From: Felis catus
Lineage: Eukaryota
NCBI RefSeq assembly: GCF_018350175.1
Contig: NC_058368.1
Location: forward strand, 228,658,001-228,722,000
Length of the DNA stretch: 64,000 bases
Direction of reading: 5' to 3'
Positions 33,557 through 47,700 of this stretch are shown here, piece by piece. Within the stretch, counting starts at the first letter, position 1; each line of letters opens with the position of its first letter. Made by a program: the position numbers and the translations under genes. The notes under the pieces are model-generated. The model was not told the DNA's origin. It made no database searches and worked only from the letters and a program-made list of their open reading frames with translations.

Positions 33557-34540
33557 AATTAGAAAATTTTGATCTTTTCTTTTCTATTCAAGTCCAAACA
33601 GAAAGCTCATATTGGTTTATTCACTCAGAGAAACACTTACGTAATGTTTACTGTGTACCAATGAAGCTTTATGCACAGTACTGGGCACACACAGATAAAT
33701 AGTCTACATCTCATAACCTACTGATGATAATAGCCAGGTTCACAATTGGATGCCAGGCAGGTGTCAAGGAAGGCTTTAGAATTTTTCGTTGATTAGATTA
33801 TTATTTATATAATGGCCAAATTACTTTGTTAACTATTTTTTTTTGTGTGTGTATTTGATTCTTCATGCTTTGCAAAAATACCTAGGTATCAAAAAGAGAT
33901 CGTGGTGTAAAACTTTGTAAATATGTGATGGTCAAGTTAAGTCAGTTATGGATCGTATGTTAGAGTATACTAGTGTCTAATTAAATGATTAAAGCTAAAT
34001 GATTAAATTTCATTAAATAATGAAATTCTGGAATTATTGTGATAGCAATAACTTAGCTTTACAATTGTTCAGGCATAAGAACCTTGACATTCCTTGAAAA
34101 TTGTACTACATCCCATGCTTCCTGTAACATTTCCTCCCCCATGATGCATGTCAAAACCACTCATCATGTTATTATTTCTTGCACTTATTTTTTACCACAT
34201 CCAGGGCTATAGAATTTGGATGAATGCCAAAGTCTACACAGAGGTTATGACTTAATAATTAGGTAACCTCAATTTTAAATTTGCAACTGTATCATTGAAA
34301 GCAAATAACTGAGTGAAGAACAAGGGAGAAGGGAAAATTAAATCCTTTTTTAAGTTGTGTAGACCTAAATACCTGATAAATGATGCACATGAGTACAATG
34401 AAGCCCTTTCACTGTTGCTGAAAAATATATTTCAAAATTTACTGGGAGCATACTTTAGTGAAAGATAGAGTGGCAGTAACAATTAAAAGTTAAAAAAATT
34501 CACATGTATTAAGAAAAAAATATATTTTATTTCATTATTT

Positions 34541-34760
34541 TTTTTTAATTTTTTTTTCAACGTTTATTTATTTTTGGGACAGAGAGAGACAGAGCATGAA
34601 CGGGGGAGGGGCAGAGAGAGAGGGAGACACAGAATCGGAAACAGGCTCCAGGCTCTGAGCCATCAGCCCAGAGCCTGACGTGGGGCTCGAACTCGCGGAC
34701 CGCGAGATTGTGACCTGGCTGAAGTCGGACGCTTAACCGACTGCGCCACCCAGGCGCCCC
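34541..34760 (-). mobile_element. Young felid SINE inserted in the tail of the adjacent SINE
   Basis: Near-consensus; TSD attatttttt. Confidence 0.93.
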
Positions 34761-34977
34761 ATTATTTTTTAATGTTTATTTATTTTTGACAGAGAGAGAG
34801 AGAGACAGAGTGTGAGCGGGGGAGGGGCAGAGAGAGAGGGAGACACAGAATCCAAAGCGGGCTCCAGGCTCTGAGCTGTCGGCACAGAGCCCAACGCGGG
34901 GCTCGAACTCACAGACTGCGAGATCATGACCTGAGCTGAAGTTGGACGCTCAACTGACTGAGCCACCCAGGCACCCC
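34761..34977 (-). mobile_element. SINEC
   Basis: Full body with head at 34977. Confidence 0.93.
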
Positions 34978-37654
34978 AAGAAAAAACCATTTCAAATCTC
35001 ATGTTGCTTATATGTGATTCTGTGATGATCCCTGTAACAAGAAAAAGTGCTAACTGCTAGTTGGGACTGTTCTAAAGTGTGAAATTGATTTTGAATGTCT
35101 CTCTATCTTTGCCACTATTCTGCAATGTCAGAAAAGCCTCAGACTACCTAAAGGGCCATTGGGGCTTCATTGCCACTGTAGTGTCTCTTTCTTCCCAGAT
35201 TAAAACAAATGTCAGTCTTGTGTGTGCACAGCAAAGGACGCCAGGTGGCTTTGGCCTCAGGATAAAGCTGTGAGGTGGAACGCACAAGCAGTAAGACTAT
35301 TCCACTTACCCCTCTCAGCTCTGCCACTTCTCATCTATTGTGGGATGACAAATGTGCTTTTGTCCTAGGGCAGTTGATTGAATACATTCTGAGTCAAAAT
35401 TGTTGTCAAGAAGAGGGTTTCTTTTCATTATTTGATGAGGTGAAGGGAAGTCTATTATGAGGTGTAGTGAGGTTCCAAAGGCGCCTGTTATGTATCTGAA
35501 AGTTATAAATGATTTGGGACTTTTCAGCCCTGCTTTTCTACAACTGCTGCAGTAATAGACCTATTGGGGGGGGGGGGAAGGACAGGCTTCACAAGTATTA
35601 GGATTTTTCCTGAAATGTCCATAGTCTTGGGGTCTGCTTGAAGAGTTTCTTAGATTGAATGAAGAGCATGGCGAATGAGAATGAAAGCAATTAATCTCCT
35701 GTGCTCTTTGCTGGCTAGAGATAGTACAGTAAGATGTTGAAGTTACTCTCAATTGCTTCTGGTGATGATGGTTCATTTAAAGCCCACTGGGAGGTCTTTA
35801 TTATAAACTACCTGATTTTCCTGTTTCCTTCATCTCTGTTCTACTTCCCCAGCCAGATTATAGACATGCCTCATCATGTATTATGCTTCTCCAAGGTGCC
35901 CGACATATATTTGATTTCCCCATACTCGGTTGTTTTATAATAGGACAATAGAGATTTTAAAACACTGAAAAGTAGTATATAATGTGAAGATATGAGGCCC
36001 TGTGACTATCGTGTGTAGTGGTGCTTCTCAAACTTCCTTTGGTGCAAGATGGATTTGTGTGCTTGTTTTCCCCTTAACCCACTGCAGATGAGAAATGAAA
36101 GTAAAAAAAAAAAAAATAGAATACCAGTCTGTACTTTTTTTGTTTAGATTCAATAGACATAAAATTAATCTTCAAAGTACCGTAAATGCTTTCAAACACT
36201 TATTCTCAATTTCTGTACTTAATTCATTGCAAACAGGTAAGAGTCCTTGCACAACGATGGTGCACGGGCCCCCTTTTGAACACCACTGGATTAGATCACA
36301 CATGACTAGTTTTTATCTGTTATCTATAAAGTGAGTCATAATTTCATTGGCTTTATATGTGTATTTTGCTCAGCTACAAATATGCAATATTAGGGAAAAC
36401 ACTTTTTAAAAATGTAATAGTTTTATGTATGTACAGTGATGACTGGAACTTGGGTTATATTTTAATTTCTGAAGTTGAAGGATTTTCTTATTTTCATTTT
36501 TCTGGTTTTGGCTTGAATTATGTCCCGTATGCAAATTGGCATATGGAATGAAAACATTGTAAATGATCACAAAGTGGTTTCTTGCTGCATTTATAGGTGA
36601 GAAATTCAAGAACCAGATAAAGGTAAACCCTAAGATCCTACTTTTTAAATACAAATGACAAAGCATTTCTCTACTTTTGTCTTTATTATAAACATTACTA
36701 TATGTCCACACAGAACCATGTGAGGAGTCTGTAAATGGTGGCTAATGCTGAGAGGTGGAGATGAGAGAAAGGAATTAGTGATGTAGGCTGAAAGAGGCCA
36801 CTGTGAACTGGAAAATATGCAAACCTTCAGAGTGGAAGACATGGGCAGGGGTCCAACAGTCAGCCTTCGACAATCCAGAAGTTAATGGTCTGTGGACTGG
36901 TCATCTAAATATGGAGACCATGAATAGGGAGACACCAATTCTGAATACACAGACATGTATTGGGGGTTGGAATTCAGACTGAGCATCAAGAAAGATGGAG
37001 AGAATGTGTTCACCTGGCAAAGAGAAGAGGATACCAATGTCCATCCTTCCTGGGTCAAGCCAGTGGACCTATCCCTCCAGACCCATGACTATCTGTCCTT
37101 ACATTGCATAATAATCCACCTTTCTGGTGTGGACAGAAGAGGCATAGGAATCTGTTTTCTCCCTCAAGTATTGATGGGGTTGGGGGGGCGCTATTGGCTG
37201 ATGAACACATGAGATTGAATCCTTTAAAGATCTCTCATGCATGTTTTCAGTGTTTGGGGCTTCGTGGTGCAGAGCCAGCCTTTGGTGGAATGAAGTGTGA
37301 TGCTGCGTTTGGAAATACCAGCTCTTCTGTCTCCTGTCCCACATGCCACACAAGTTGGTGTCTTCTCCATGAGAATAATCAGGGAAGGTGCTGTGCCTCA
37401 GAAAGTGAGAACCAAAACAAGCCCGGCAGCAGCCTTCTCGTTATTTATTTTCCTCACACGCATAGACTGTGACCCACTCTGTGAAATTAAGTGAGAAACT
37501 TGGGTCAATTACTAGAGAATTTAACTTAAAACAAAAGAAACAAAAAGCATTTGAAAAAGACTCAGGTGATACACATGTTAGCTTGTGTTCTCAATGTTCG
37601 GATTTCTCTAGCGTGTCATCAATTTCTCTCAGTTTTTTTTTTAACTGGCCATAA

Positions 37655-37790
37655 TTTTTGTAATTTAAATTTTAGTTAACATACAGTGCAATATTGGTTT
37701 CAGGAATAGAATTCAGTGACTCATCACTAATACATGGCACCCAGTGCTCATCTCAACCAGTGCCCTCCTTAGTACCCATCGCCCATCTAG
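37655..37790 (-). mobile_element. Carnivore L1 3'-end fragment
   Basis: ttagttaacatacagtg...cacccagtgctcat motif, similar to the 3' end of the L1 at 45190. Confidence 0.75.
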
Positions 37791-37799
37791 TTTTGAATT

Positions 37800-37870
37800 T
37801 TTTAAAGTTTATTTATTATTTTGAGAGAGAGAGAGAGAAAGCATGAGTTGGGGAGGGGCAGAGAAAGAGA

Positions 37871-37916
<46 letters not shown>

Positions 37917-38035
37917 CCCAAGCAGGTTCCGCATTGTTAGTGCAGAGTCCCACTCGGGGCTCAAACTCACAAACCGTGAGACTATGACCAGAGCTGAAGT
38001 TGGATGCTTAACTGACTGGGCCACGGAGGTGCCCC
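37800..38035 (-). mobile_element. SINEC with expanded (GA)n
   Basis: Consensus-like body. Confidence 0.92.
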
Positions 38036-38637
38036 TCTGGTTTTGATTTTTAAAGACAGCACAAAGTTTTAATCGTACTGCATGAAAGACACAGATAACA
38101 CAGTGACGTTGTGGGTAAGCTTACCACTCCCCTGACCGTAGGTCCAGCTCAGACTCTGATTGGATAGATTCACCTGCTTTTCATTTTAGAAAACATTATG
38201 CTTGATTATTAGAAGTCTTGATCATAGCATGGTCTTAGAAGTTGCAACATTCTCAAATTAATAATTCATTAATAGTCCTTTTGTCAGGTGTATATAGTGT
38301 TTGATCTTCATACGGTAAACAGGAATATAAGTACATGAACATAGCTCCTATGATCACTTTCATCTACTTAACTGGTGAATCAGGCATAGTTCTTCCATGT
38401 TGTAAGCTGTCATGTCTCCTTTTTGTACATGCTAACAAGAAACCCTGACTTTTCTGACTGCTGTATATATTCATTTTATTTAAAGCAGAATTCAGGGTTT
38501 AGATGCATATACTCATAAACACTGGAATCATGACATTTCACCAGCCTAACTGCTAACTGAACTGATTTCCCTCAGGAAAGTTTAAGTAGGGTTAAAATAT
38601 CAGAGGACTCTGTTTTCATTTTATCAAATATCTAGAG

Positions 38638-38860
38638 CAAGGGTGAGCAAAAGACACCCATGGGACAGATCTGGCTTGCTGCCCATATTTGTTAGTAAAT
38701 TTTCATGGGATCACGGGCCATGCCTGTTTTTTAAGTGTTGTCTGTGGATGCTTTCACATGACAATGACAGAGTTGAGTAGCTGTGACAGAAACTGTATTG
38801 CCTGTGAAGGTTAAGATACTCTCTAGCTGGCCCTCTGCAGGGAAAGTCTGCCAACTCCTG
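38638..38860. mobile_element. MER58A-like hAT-Charlie MITE
   Basis: gcagagttgagtagctgtgacaga-like core; terminal tgccaactcctg. Confidence 0.75.
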
Positions 38861-39145
38861 ATGTAGCTGATTAACCAGACTTTAGCAAAAGCTTTGGATT
38901 TTTTGAGTAGTATGAATAAACATTCAGGTTCTTAACTATACATTGAAGATATAGCTTTATCTTTATCTGGGATAGATGATTTAGATAGAAAAAAAATCTG
39001 TGAGCGGATTAATTTCATCCAGACTATCAGTGATATTATTGGTGATATTAGATTTTATGCTCTATAGATTTTTAACTTAAAAAGCTAACTTGTATAGGGA
39101 ATGTGCTGCATGCCAGATACTGCTTTACATCTTTATCTATACTTT

Positions 39146-39364
39146 CTAAATGTTTTTTAACGTTTATTTATTTTTTTTGGGACAGAGAGAGACAGAGCAT
39201 GAACGGGGGAGGGGCAGAGAGAGAGGGAGACACAGAATCAGAAACAGGCTCCAGGCTCCGAGCCATCAGCCCAGAGCCCGACGCGGGGCTCGAACTCACA
39301 GACCGCGAGATCTTGACCTGGCTGAAGTCGGACGCTTAACCGACTGCGCCACCCAGGCGCCCCC
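39146..39364 (-). mobile_element. Young felid SINE inside a MIR-like element
   Basis: Perfect 19-bp TSD acatctttatctatacttt; the flanks carry the MIR core (tacagatgagg...ctgaggct-like). Confidence 0.95.
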
Positions 39365-39599
39365 ACATCTTTATCTATACTTTCTTATAAACATCACGAC
39401 AATCCTATCAGGTAGATGTTAATATTATCCTCACTCTACAGATGAGGTGACCGAGGCTGATGATATTAAAGAACTTGGTGATGTTCACATAACTGGCATT
39501 GGCAGAGCTGGATTTGAACTCAGGAAATCTTGGTTTAGAATTCACATTCTTAGCCATCATGCTCCTTCTATTTGGTAACAATGAAAAACTTCCTAATGA

Positions 39600-39646
39600 A
39601 TATTTATTTATTTAAAAAAAGTTTTTTAAAGAGAGAGAGCACAAGC

Positions 39647-39696
<50 letters not shown>

Positions 39697-39813
39697 CCCA
39701 AGCAGGTTCCACATGGAGCCTGGCTGAGGGCTCGATCCCATGACCCTGGGATCCCACGACCTGAGCTGAAATCAAGGTTCGGATGCTGAACTGACTGAGC
39801 CACCCAGGTGTCA
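39600..39813 (-). mobile_element. SINEC
   Basis: Body with (GA)n; TSD ttcctaatg. Confidence 0.9.
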
Positions 39814-40876
39814 CAGTTTCCTAATGCATTTTAATACTTAAGTCCATTATTATTGCCAGTTATATGTGTTAATGGTAATATGTGAGCTTATATTTGCATT
39901 TGTTGCCATATGGCATACTATTTCTGATTACTACATAGAGTTTTCTTATTAATTTCACTTATATGCAACCCACAACTAATACTTTCATGGTTAATGTTTT
40001 ATGCTCTTTGTACCTGTTTCTATGGAGAATAGTTACTAGAGTGAGTTTCAACTTCTCTGATAATTGTTTGAAATACTGTAATCTTAGAGACAAATTAAGA
40101 ATAGTTAACTATGTAAATATCCTTGAACATTTTACTTTCAAGATAGTCTCAATGTCTTCCTTTTGAGACAATGGTGGGAAAAGAAAGGGATCTAGCTTAA
40201 GAAAATGGGGTAAAAAGGTACAATTAAGTAAAATTATAGGTAAGACTTTATATAATCATCTCCCTGAAAATTATAGGGTTTCTCTATCTTGTGTAAAGAA
40301 ATGTTTTACCCAAAGTGTTTCTCCAACTTCTCTTTGGTAGTATATTAACAGTTATCTAGTGGCAATGTGATCCAGAATTGAGGTAACTATGGTGTAAATT
40401 TAGGCTAAAAATATGCACCCACCCCAGGTATTTGGTAAGTGAGGCAAAAAGATGCATTCCTCAAATGTAAAGACCTCAAACCTCTTTTTTCACCTGGTGC
40501 ATGGATTTAAATTTGAAACTTACTCATTATTTTCTTTCCAGGTTCATATCGTGAGTTGATATCATGCTTTCTAGAGCCTAGAGATCCTGTCATGGTGAGC
40601 ATGTCTTGGCACTTCTACGAATTCAAGCTGAAGTATTTTAAACTAGTGAGATTGTTAAATAACCAGGCATTTGGCAGCAGTAAAGTAGTTTTTAGAAGGT
40701 TTCTGACAAAGTAATGCCTTACAAGGCATTCTCTGTACCTAGTCTGAGTGGATAGAGGGTCAGAATAACACATATTAGTCTCTCCTTTCCTTTTTGTAAC
40801 TTCATCAGCAAAAATTTCCCATTAGTGACATTCTTCTGTATTTAACACTGTGCAAATACTTGTACAATTATTTATA

Positions 40877-40943
40877 AGAATTTTTTTAAATGTTTATTTA
40901 TTTATTTTGACAGCGAGAGAGCATGAGCAGGGGAGGGGCAGAG

Positions 40944-40982
<39 letters not shown>

Positions 40983-41108
40983 CCCAAGCAGGCTCTGCCC
41001 TGTCAGCACAGAGCTCTAAGTGGGGCTTGAACTCAAGAACTATGAGATCATGACTTGAGCTGAAATCAAGAGTCAGACACTTCACGGACTGAGCCACCCA
41101 GGTGCTCC
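40877..41108 (-). mobile_element. SINEC
   Basis: 14-bp TSD tacaattatttata. Confidence 0.93.
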
Positions 41109-41763
41109 TACAATTATTTATAGGTCAAAGTTTGTAAACAACATGGAAAATATATTTCACTATTAGAAGAAGTGACTGAGGCTCTTCCTATTAGGCCCTG
41201 AGAAATCCTCCCAAAGACTTGCACATCCTTCTCACAGTTTGCCAGTTTGGCCTTGCCAGGCCCATCAAGGGACCACCAAGTACTACACTTTCCAGCCTTT
41301 CAGACTTGTGGACGGCAAACATGAAGCTTATTTTCCACCAATTAAATATACACATAGTGTGCTTGGACTGAAAAATGGCTTACCTGGGGAAACAGGTAGT
41401 AGAGTTGGGGAACCAGACGTTGGGGTTGGTTGCAGTGGTCTGGCATGGTGGCATTGGTTGGGGTTTTGTAGCATGGCAGTGTCTTTGTCTTTCCCAGGGC
41501 ACTGTGCTGTGACTCTCAAAGTTCTTCCCGGAAGTTCAGGCTAGAACACTTCTCTCAGTCATCCGTCAGTTCTGTGAGTTCTCAGAATCCCGTTATTATT
41601 ATTACTACTACTGTCATTATTGTTTTATTATTGTTATTATTATTATTGTTATTATCATTATCATCATGTCTATTCCTTTTAGAACTAGAGTGAATTCTGT
41701 GTATGCATATATAGGACAGGCTAAACATTCTAAAACCAACAATGAAGTCAAAGTTGGGCATCT

Positions 41764-41889
41764 GGGGCACCTGGATGGCTCAGTCTATTATACATCCGAC
41801 TTCAGCTCAGGTCACGATCTCACAGTTCCTGAGTTCGAGCCCCGCGTCGGGTTCTGTGCTGACAGCTCAGAGCCTGGAGCCTGCTTCAG

Positions 41890-41944
<55 letters not shown>

Positions 41945-42006
41945 GACCGTCCTCTGCTCACGCTTTGTGTCTTTCTCTCTCAAAAATAAATCAACGTTAA
42001 AAAAAA
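41764..42006 (+). mobile_element. SINEC with expanded (CT)n
   Basis: Consensus-like head and tail. Confidence 0.92.
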
Positions 42007-43875
42007 GAATCAATTTTTTAGGTCAGAGTCCAAAGCACTGAGAGCAAGTGGACAGTGAGATTATAGTCAGGACTCAGAGCCTGAATTCATACTCACCTCA
42101 GCTTCCCCAGGAGCTACATAATTCCTCTCCACTTTCTCCAACACCTCCATGCACACAACCCTCTATCTCACTGAGATCTTCAATCTATTGATCCACAAAT
42201 GTATCTCTGTTTTCATAGTAAATTTACTAATTCACTTTTTCATGATTATCACATCCATTTTGCCCTCTTCTGAAATCCCATCTATCTCTCCTAGTGCCCC
42301 CAGCTCACAGCCAATTACGTACATCATATTTCAGTGGGAATGTAAATGCCACCAGGAAACAGCTCTCTTTTTCACCTGGTCACATCAAAACATACCTGTT
42401 TGTCTTACCTGTGCATCCATCCCCTCTTTTGAAGTGAGCAACTTTTCCTACCAGAGGCAAGTCCTTCCCTAAATGACCTAGATTCCATGCCTTCTGGCTT
42501 TCTCAAAGATTTTAATCCTTTGGTCATTACCATTCTCCTGCATTGTCAGCTTCCCTTTTGCTGATGGATTTTCATATCACATACAACTATGTTCTTAACT
42601 TTTACAAAAGTCTCCTAACCTTCATTTATTCCCTCAGCTACTGTATTATCTTGGCTACAGAGTCATTTTTCTCAAATGGATTATCAAATCACCCAGTGTT
42701 GATTTCTCCATAAAACAGGCTACATGAGCATCTCACAGAACCCAAGGGTAGTGAATAAAGCCAGGCCATATTGTGGGCTCGTTCTGAGAAATGGGAAACC
42801 ATCAGGCACTAGGCTTTCTTTCTCTCAATATCTTGTTCTGCCTGGACTTTTATGTCTGTTTCTTTCTCTAGATGTGTGTCATTTCTTCTCTCTGTGAAAC
42901 ACAGTAAGATATAGAGAAGATTGCTAGAAATAATTTCTGTCTGATAAAATATGTAAAACCCTTGGCCTGGCCTTTTTGAGATAACCCGCATTGTGGGTGA
43001 ACAATATGCCTCAAGTTTTCTGGAATAAATCTCTGTGTTTCCTTTGAATGTGTCTCTAGGCAGAGATTGGCCAGATGGGGGCTCAGGTTTTATTAAAGTT
43101 ATTTATGTCTTCAAAAGACTAGCTTTTACTTAAAATTTTCAGTGCTGTCTTTTTATAAATTTTAATGTAGAGTATAAGCAATAACCTTAAAGGCTCAGTG
43201 GGAAATATATAGTATATTTCATTGAAATGAAACATAACACATAGCATTCAGCTAACAAAGATTTTTATCAGCAAGATGGTATGCTTTATGGAAATATTCA
43301 ACAAAGATAGTCTGATCATCCTGCATTTAATGATCCCTTGCCTCCAAGTTGATTTTTTTTATTAAGTATTCTTTAATAGATCCTTTAGCATTATGTTAAT
43401 ACATAGATTCTGTATCTAGAAAATATGTAGTGTCAAATTATTGCTTTGTCACTTAATAGCTATACTGCTTTGGGAGAGTTACTTTAATCCATTTGTTCCT
43501 CAGTTTATTCATCAATAAAATGAAACTATATGGGAGCTATATGTGCCTAGAAGAGCATTTGCTGCTAACTACTAATAATATTTGTCATTGTATATCTGAA
43601 AAATCCTATTGTGTCCTCACTATTAAATCACAGTTTGTCTGGGTATAAAATTCTAGATTAATAGAATATTTCCCACAGAAGATAATATTATAGCTTGCCT
43701 GGCATTTTTGTTACTAGTGAAAAGTCTGCCAAAAGTCTGCCAAGAAATAACTCTTTTTTTCTTGGTGGGTTTTACGACTTTCTATCTTTTTAAAATGAAT
43801 GTTTTATTACTTAATATTGTGGTAAGGTTAATTGCATATATATTTTTTTCCTTTTTTTCTTGTGGTAAAAATTCT

Positions 43876-44288
43876 CTTAAAAATTTTTTCATGTTTATTT
43901 ATTGAGTTTGAGAGAAAGGGGGAGGGAAAGAGAGAGAGAAGGAGAGAGAAAATCCCAAGTAGGCTCTATAGCATCAGCACAGAGCTGGACATGGGGTTAG
44001 ATCTCACAAACCTTGATATCATGAGCTCAGTTGAGATCAAGGGTCAGATGCTTAATAAATGTTTATTTATTTTTGAGAGAGAGAGAGAGTGAGAGAGGGA
44101 GAGAGAGAGAGAGAGACAGAGCGTGAGCAGAGGAGGGGCAGAGAGACAGGGAGACACAGAATCTGAAGCAAGCTTCAGGCTCTGAGCTGTCAGCATAGAA
44201 CCCGATGTGGGACTCAAACTCACAAACCGTGAAATCATGACCTGAGCCAAAGCCAGACCCTCCACTGACTGAGCCACACAGGTGTCCC
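43876..44288 (-). mobile_element. Tandem SINEC dimer (one full copy plus one head-truncated copy)
   Basis: Single 13-bp TSD tggtaaaaattct at 43863-43875 and 44292-44304. Confidence 0.88.
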
Positions 44289-44291
44289 ACA

Positions 44292-45140
44292 TGGTAAAAA
44301 TTCTTAACATGAGATCTACCTTCTTAACAAATTTTTAAGTGCAAAACACCATATTGTTAACTATAGTCACTATATTGTATAGTAGACCTGTAGAAATTGT
44401 TCAATTTTATAACTGAAACTTTATACTCATTGGACAACTCTCCATTTTTCCTACCACCCCAGACCCTAGCAGCCACCATTCTACTCTCTGCTTCTATGAG
44501 TTTGACTGTTTTAGATTCCTCATGTCAGTGAGATCATGCAGATTTTGTCTGTGACTGGCCTATTTCACTTAGCATAATGCACTTCAGATTTACCATTGTT
44601 GTTGCAAATGGTGAAATTTCCTTCTTTTGTACGTCTGAATAATATTCTGTAATATGTATATAATATTTTATCCATTCATCTGCTGATGGAAATTTGGGTT
44701 TGTTTCCATATCTTGGCTATTGTCAACGTTGCTGCAATGAACAGGAGAATGCAGTTACCTCTTTGAGACCCTAGTTTCGATCCTTCTGGAAATATGCAGA
44801 ATTGAAATTGCTGAATCATATGGTAGTTCTGTTTTTAAGTTATGGTAGTTCTATTTTTACTTTTTTTTTTTTTAATGGACATGCTCATGATGTTTTCCAT
44901 AGAGACTGAAACCTTTTACATTCCTTCCAAGAGTGTACAAGCACCCTGATTTCTCCACATCTTTGTCAAAACTTTTTTTTTTTTTGGATCACAGTCACCT
45001 TATCAAGTAAGAGGTCATATCTTATTGAGGTTTTGATTTGCATTTCCCTGGTCTTTAGTGACAGTGAGGATCTTTTCATGTACCTGGAGACCATTTGAAC
45101 GGAGAAATGTTTGAAGAAATATCTCTCAAGTCCTTTGCCC
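44292..45140 (-). mobile_element. Older L1 (L1MA/MB-like) 3' region, left part
   Basis: Typical L1M 3' sequence (catgagatctacc..., tttcacttagcataatg, tatccattcatctg); interrupted by the younger L1. Confidence 0.8.
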
Positions 45141-45420
45141 CCCCCTTTTTTTATAATTTAACTTTATTTTTTTTATGTTTTAAGATTTACATCCAAATTA
45201 GTTAGTATATAGTGAAGCAATGATTTCAAGAGTAAATTCCTTAATGCCCCTTACCCATTTAGCCCATCCCCCCTCCCACAACCCCTCCAGCAACCTTCAG
45301 TTTGTTCTCCATATTTATGAGTCTCTTTTGTTTTGTCCCCCTCCCTGTTTTTATATTATTTTTGTTTCCCTTCCCCTATGTTCATCTGTTTTGTCTCTTA
45401 AAGTCCTCATATGAGTGAAG

Positions 45421-45834
45421 TCATATGATTTTTGTCTTTCTCTGACTAATTTCATTTAGCATAATACCCTCCAGTTCCATCACATTTGGTGCATAAATAT
45501 TTATAATTGTTAGGTCTTCTTGGTGGATAGACCCCTTGATTATGATATAATGCCTTTCTGCATCTCTTGATCTAGTCTTTATTTTAAAGTCTAGATTGTC
45601 TGATATAAGTATGGCTACTCTGGCTTTCTTTTGTTGACCATTAGCATGATAGATGGTTCTCCATCCCCTTATTTTCAATCTGAAGGTGTCTTTAGGTCTA
45701 AAGTGGATCTCTTGTAAACAGCATATAGATGGATCTTGTTTTCTTATCCATTCTGTTACCCTATGTCTTTTGATTGGAGCATTGAGTCCATTGACATTTA
45801 GACTGAGTACTGAAAGATATGAATTTATTGCCAT
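45421..45834 (-). pseudogene. L1 ORF2p N-terminal endonuclease fused in frame to the ORF2p C-terminal tail (137 aa)
   Basis: LNVNGLNAPIKR, CCLQE and NIYAPN, then directly MELEGIMLNEISQ. Confidence 0.88.
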
Positions 45835-45960
45835 TATGATGCTTGTAGAGTTGGAGTTTCTGGTGGTGTTCTCTGGTCCTTTCTAGTCTTTGTTGTTTTT
45901 GGCATTTATGTATGTATGTATGTATGTATGTATGTATGTATTTTTTCATCTTTTCTCCCC

Positions 45961-46841
45961 TCAGAGAGTGCGCCATAAAATTTCTTGCAGGGCTGGTTTA
46001 GTGTTCACAAACTCCTTTAATTTTTGTTTGTCTGGGAAAATTTTTATCTCTCCTTCTATTTTGAATGACAGCCTTGCTGGATAAAGAATTCTTGGCTGCA
46101 TATTTTTCCAATTCGGCACATTGAATATTTCCTGCCACTCCTTTCTGGCCTGCCAGCTTACTGTGGATAGGTCTGCTGCAAACCTGATCTGTCTTCCCTT
46201 GTAGGTTAGGGACTTTTTTTCCCTTGCTGCTTTCATGATTCTCTCCTTGCCTAAGCATTTTGTGAATTTGACCATGATATGCCTTATTGATGGTCGGTTT
46301 TTGTTGAATCTAATGGGAGTCATCTGTGCTTCCTAGATTTTGATGTCTGTGTCTTTCCCCAGGTGAGGAAAGTTTTCTGCTATGATTTGCTCACATAACC
46401 CTTCCACCCCTATTTCTCTCTCTTCCTCCTCTGGGACCCCAATGATTCTGATGTTGTTCCTTTTTAATGAGTCACTGATTTCTCTAATTCTTAAATCATG
46501 CTCTTTTGCTTAATCTGCCTCTTTTTTTTTCTGCTTCGTTATTCTCTATAAGTTTGTCTTCTATATCACTGATTCTCTGCTCTGCCTCATCCATCCTTGC
46601 CACCGCTGCATCCATCTGTGATTGCAGCTCAGTTATAGCATTTTTAATTTCATTCTGGCTATTTTTTTACTTCTTTTTATCTCTGCAGAAAGGGATTCTA
46701 ATCTATTTTCTACTCCAGCTAGTATTCTTATTATCATCCTTCTAAATTCTGGTTCAGACATCTTGCTTGTGTCTGCGTTGGTTAAATCCCTGTCGTTTCT
46801 TTGTGCTCTTTCTTTTGGGGTGAATTCCTTTGTTTTGTCAT
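45961..46841 (-). pseudogene. L1 ORF1p remnant (frameshifted)
   Basis: Starts MTKQRNSPQKKE; C-terminal PRILYPARLSF...LKEFVNTKPALQEIL; 881 nt, not a multiple of 3. Confidence 0.85.
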
Positions 46842-46859
46842 TTTGAAGGGAGAAAAGGA

Positions 46860-47700
46860 ATTAATGAGGTAGAAAAAATGAAATTAAAAAAATTAAAATA
46901 AAAAAATTAAAATTAAAAATTAAAAACACACCCACACAAAAAGCGAATAGATGATGCTAGATCCTAGGTGTGTTTTGGTCTGGGTGTAGAAAGTGGTTTG
47001 ACAGATTAGAGAAACAAACAAACAAACAAAAAAAAAAAGAGTGGGGAAAGAAAAAATAAAGAAGTCGTTTGAGAATTTGAAAAAAATGAATAAAGTAGAC
47101 TAAAATACACCAAAGTAGAGAATATAGTAGAAAAATTATAGAAAAATATTTTAATAAAAATTAAAAAGAAATGAAGTTTTTGTTTTCTGTATTTGAGAAA
47201 AAAGAAACAAAAAAGAGAAAAAAAAGACAAAAAAAAGAAAAAAGACAAGACAAAAAAACCCAAATCGTTTGAAAATTTGAAAAGTGAATACCCTGTAGTA
47301 CACTGAAATAAAATGATGGGAGTAAGATATAATTTGAAAAAATTTGCATAAAAGCAAAAAATATAGTAATAAAAATTAAATGAAAACATTTTAAAAAGAA
47401 ACTGAAAGCACAAATGAACTTTTTCTCTTTCTGCATTCAAGAAAAAGAAATGAAAAAGAAAAAAAGAAAAAGAAAAAAAAGGAAATTGTTTGAAAATTTG
47501 AAAAGGTGAGTACACTGAAGTAGACTAAAAATGATGGAAGTAAAGTAGAATTTGAAAAAATTTACACAAAAGTAAAAAATATAGTAATAAAAATTAAACA
47601 GATATTTTTAATAAAAATTGAAAGTAAAAATGAGTTTTTCTCTTTTTGTATTCAAGAATTGTAAAAGAGAAAAAGGAAAAAGAGAGAGAAAAAAAATTGA
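46860..47700 (-). repeat. AT-rich, roughly 200-220-bp tandem units in the L1 5'UTR
   Basis: gtttga(g/a)aatttgaaaa motif recurs near 47067, 47267 and 47488 with shared downstream sequence. Confidence 0.65.

Noticed and set aside
33286..33702. Leu/Phe/Pro/Ser-rich ORFs that look like membrane proteins
   Set aside because: Translation of a pyrimidine microsatellite
47006..47515. Phe-rich 169-aa ORF
   Set aside because: Translation of the T-rich L1 5'UTR repeats
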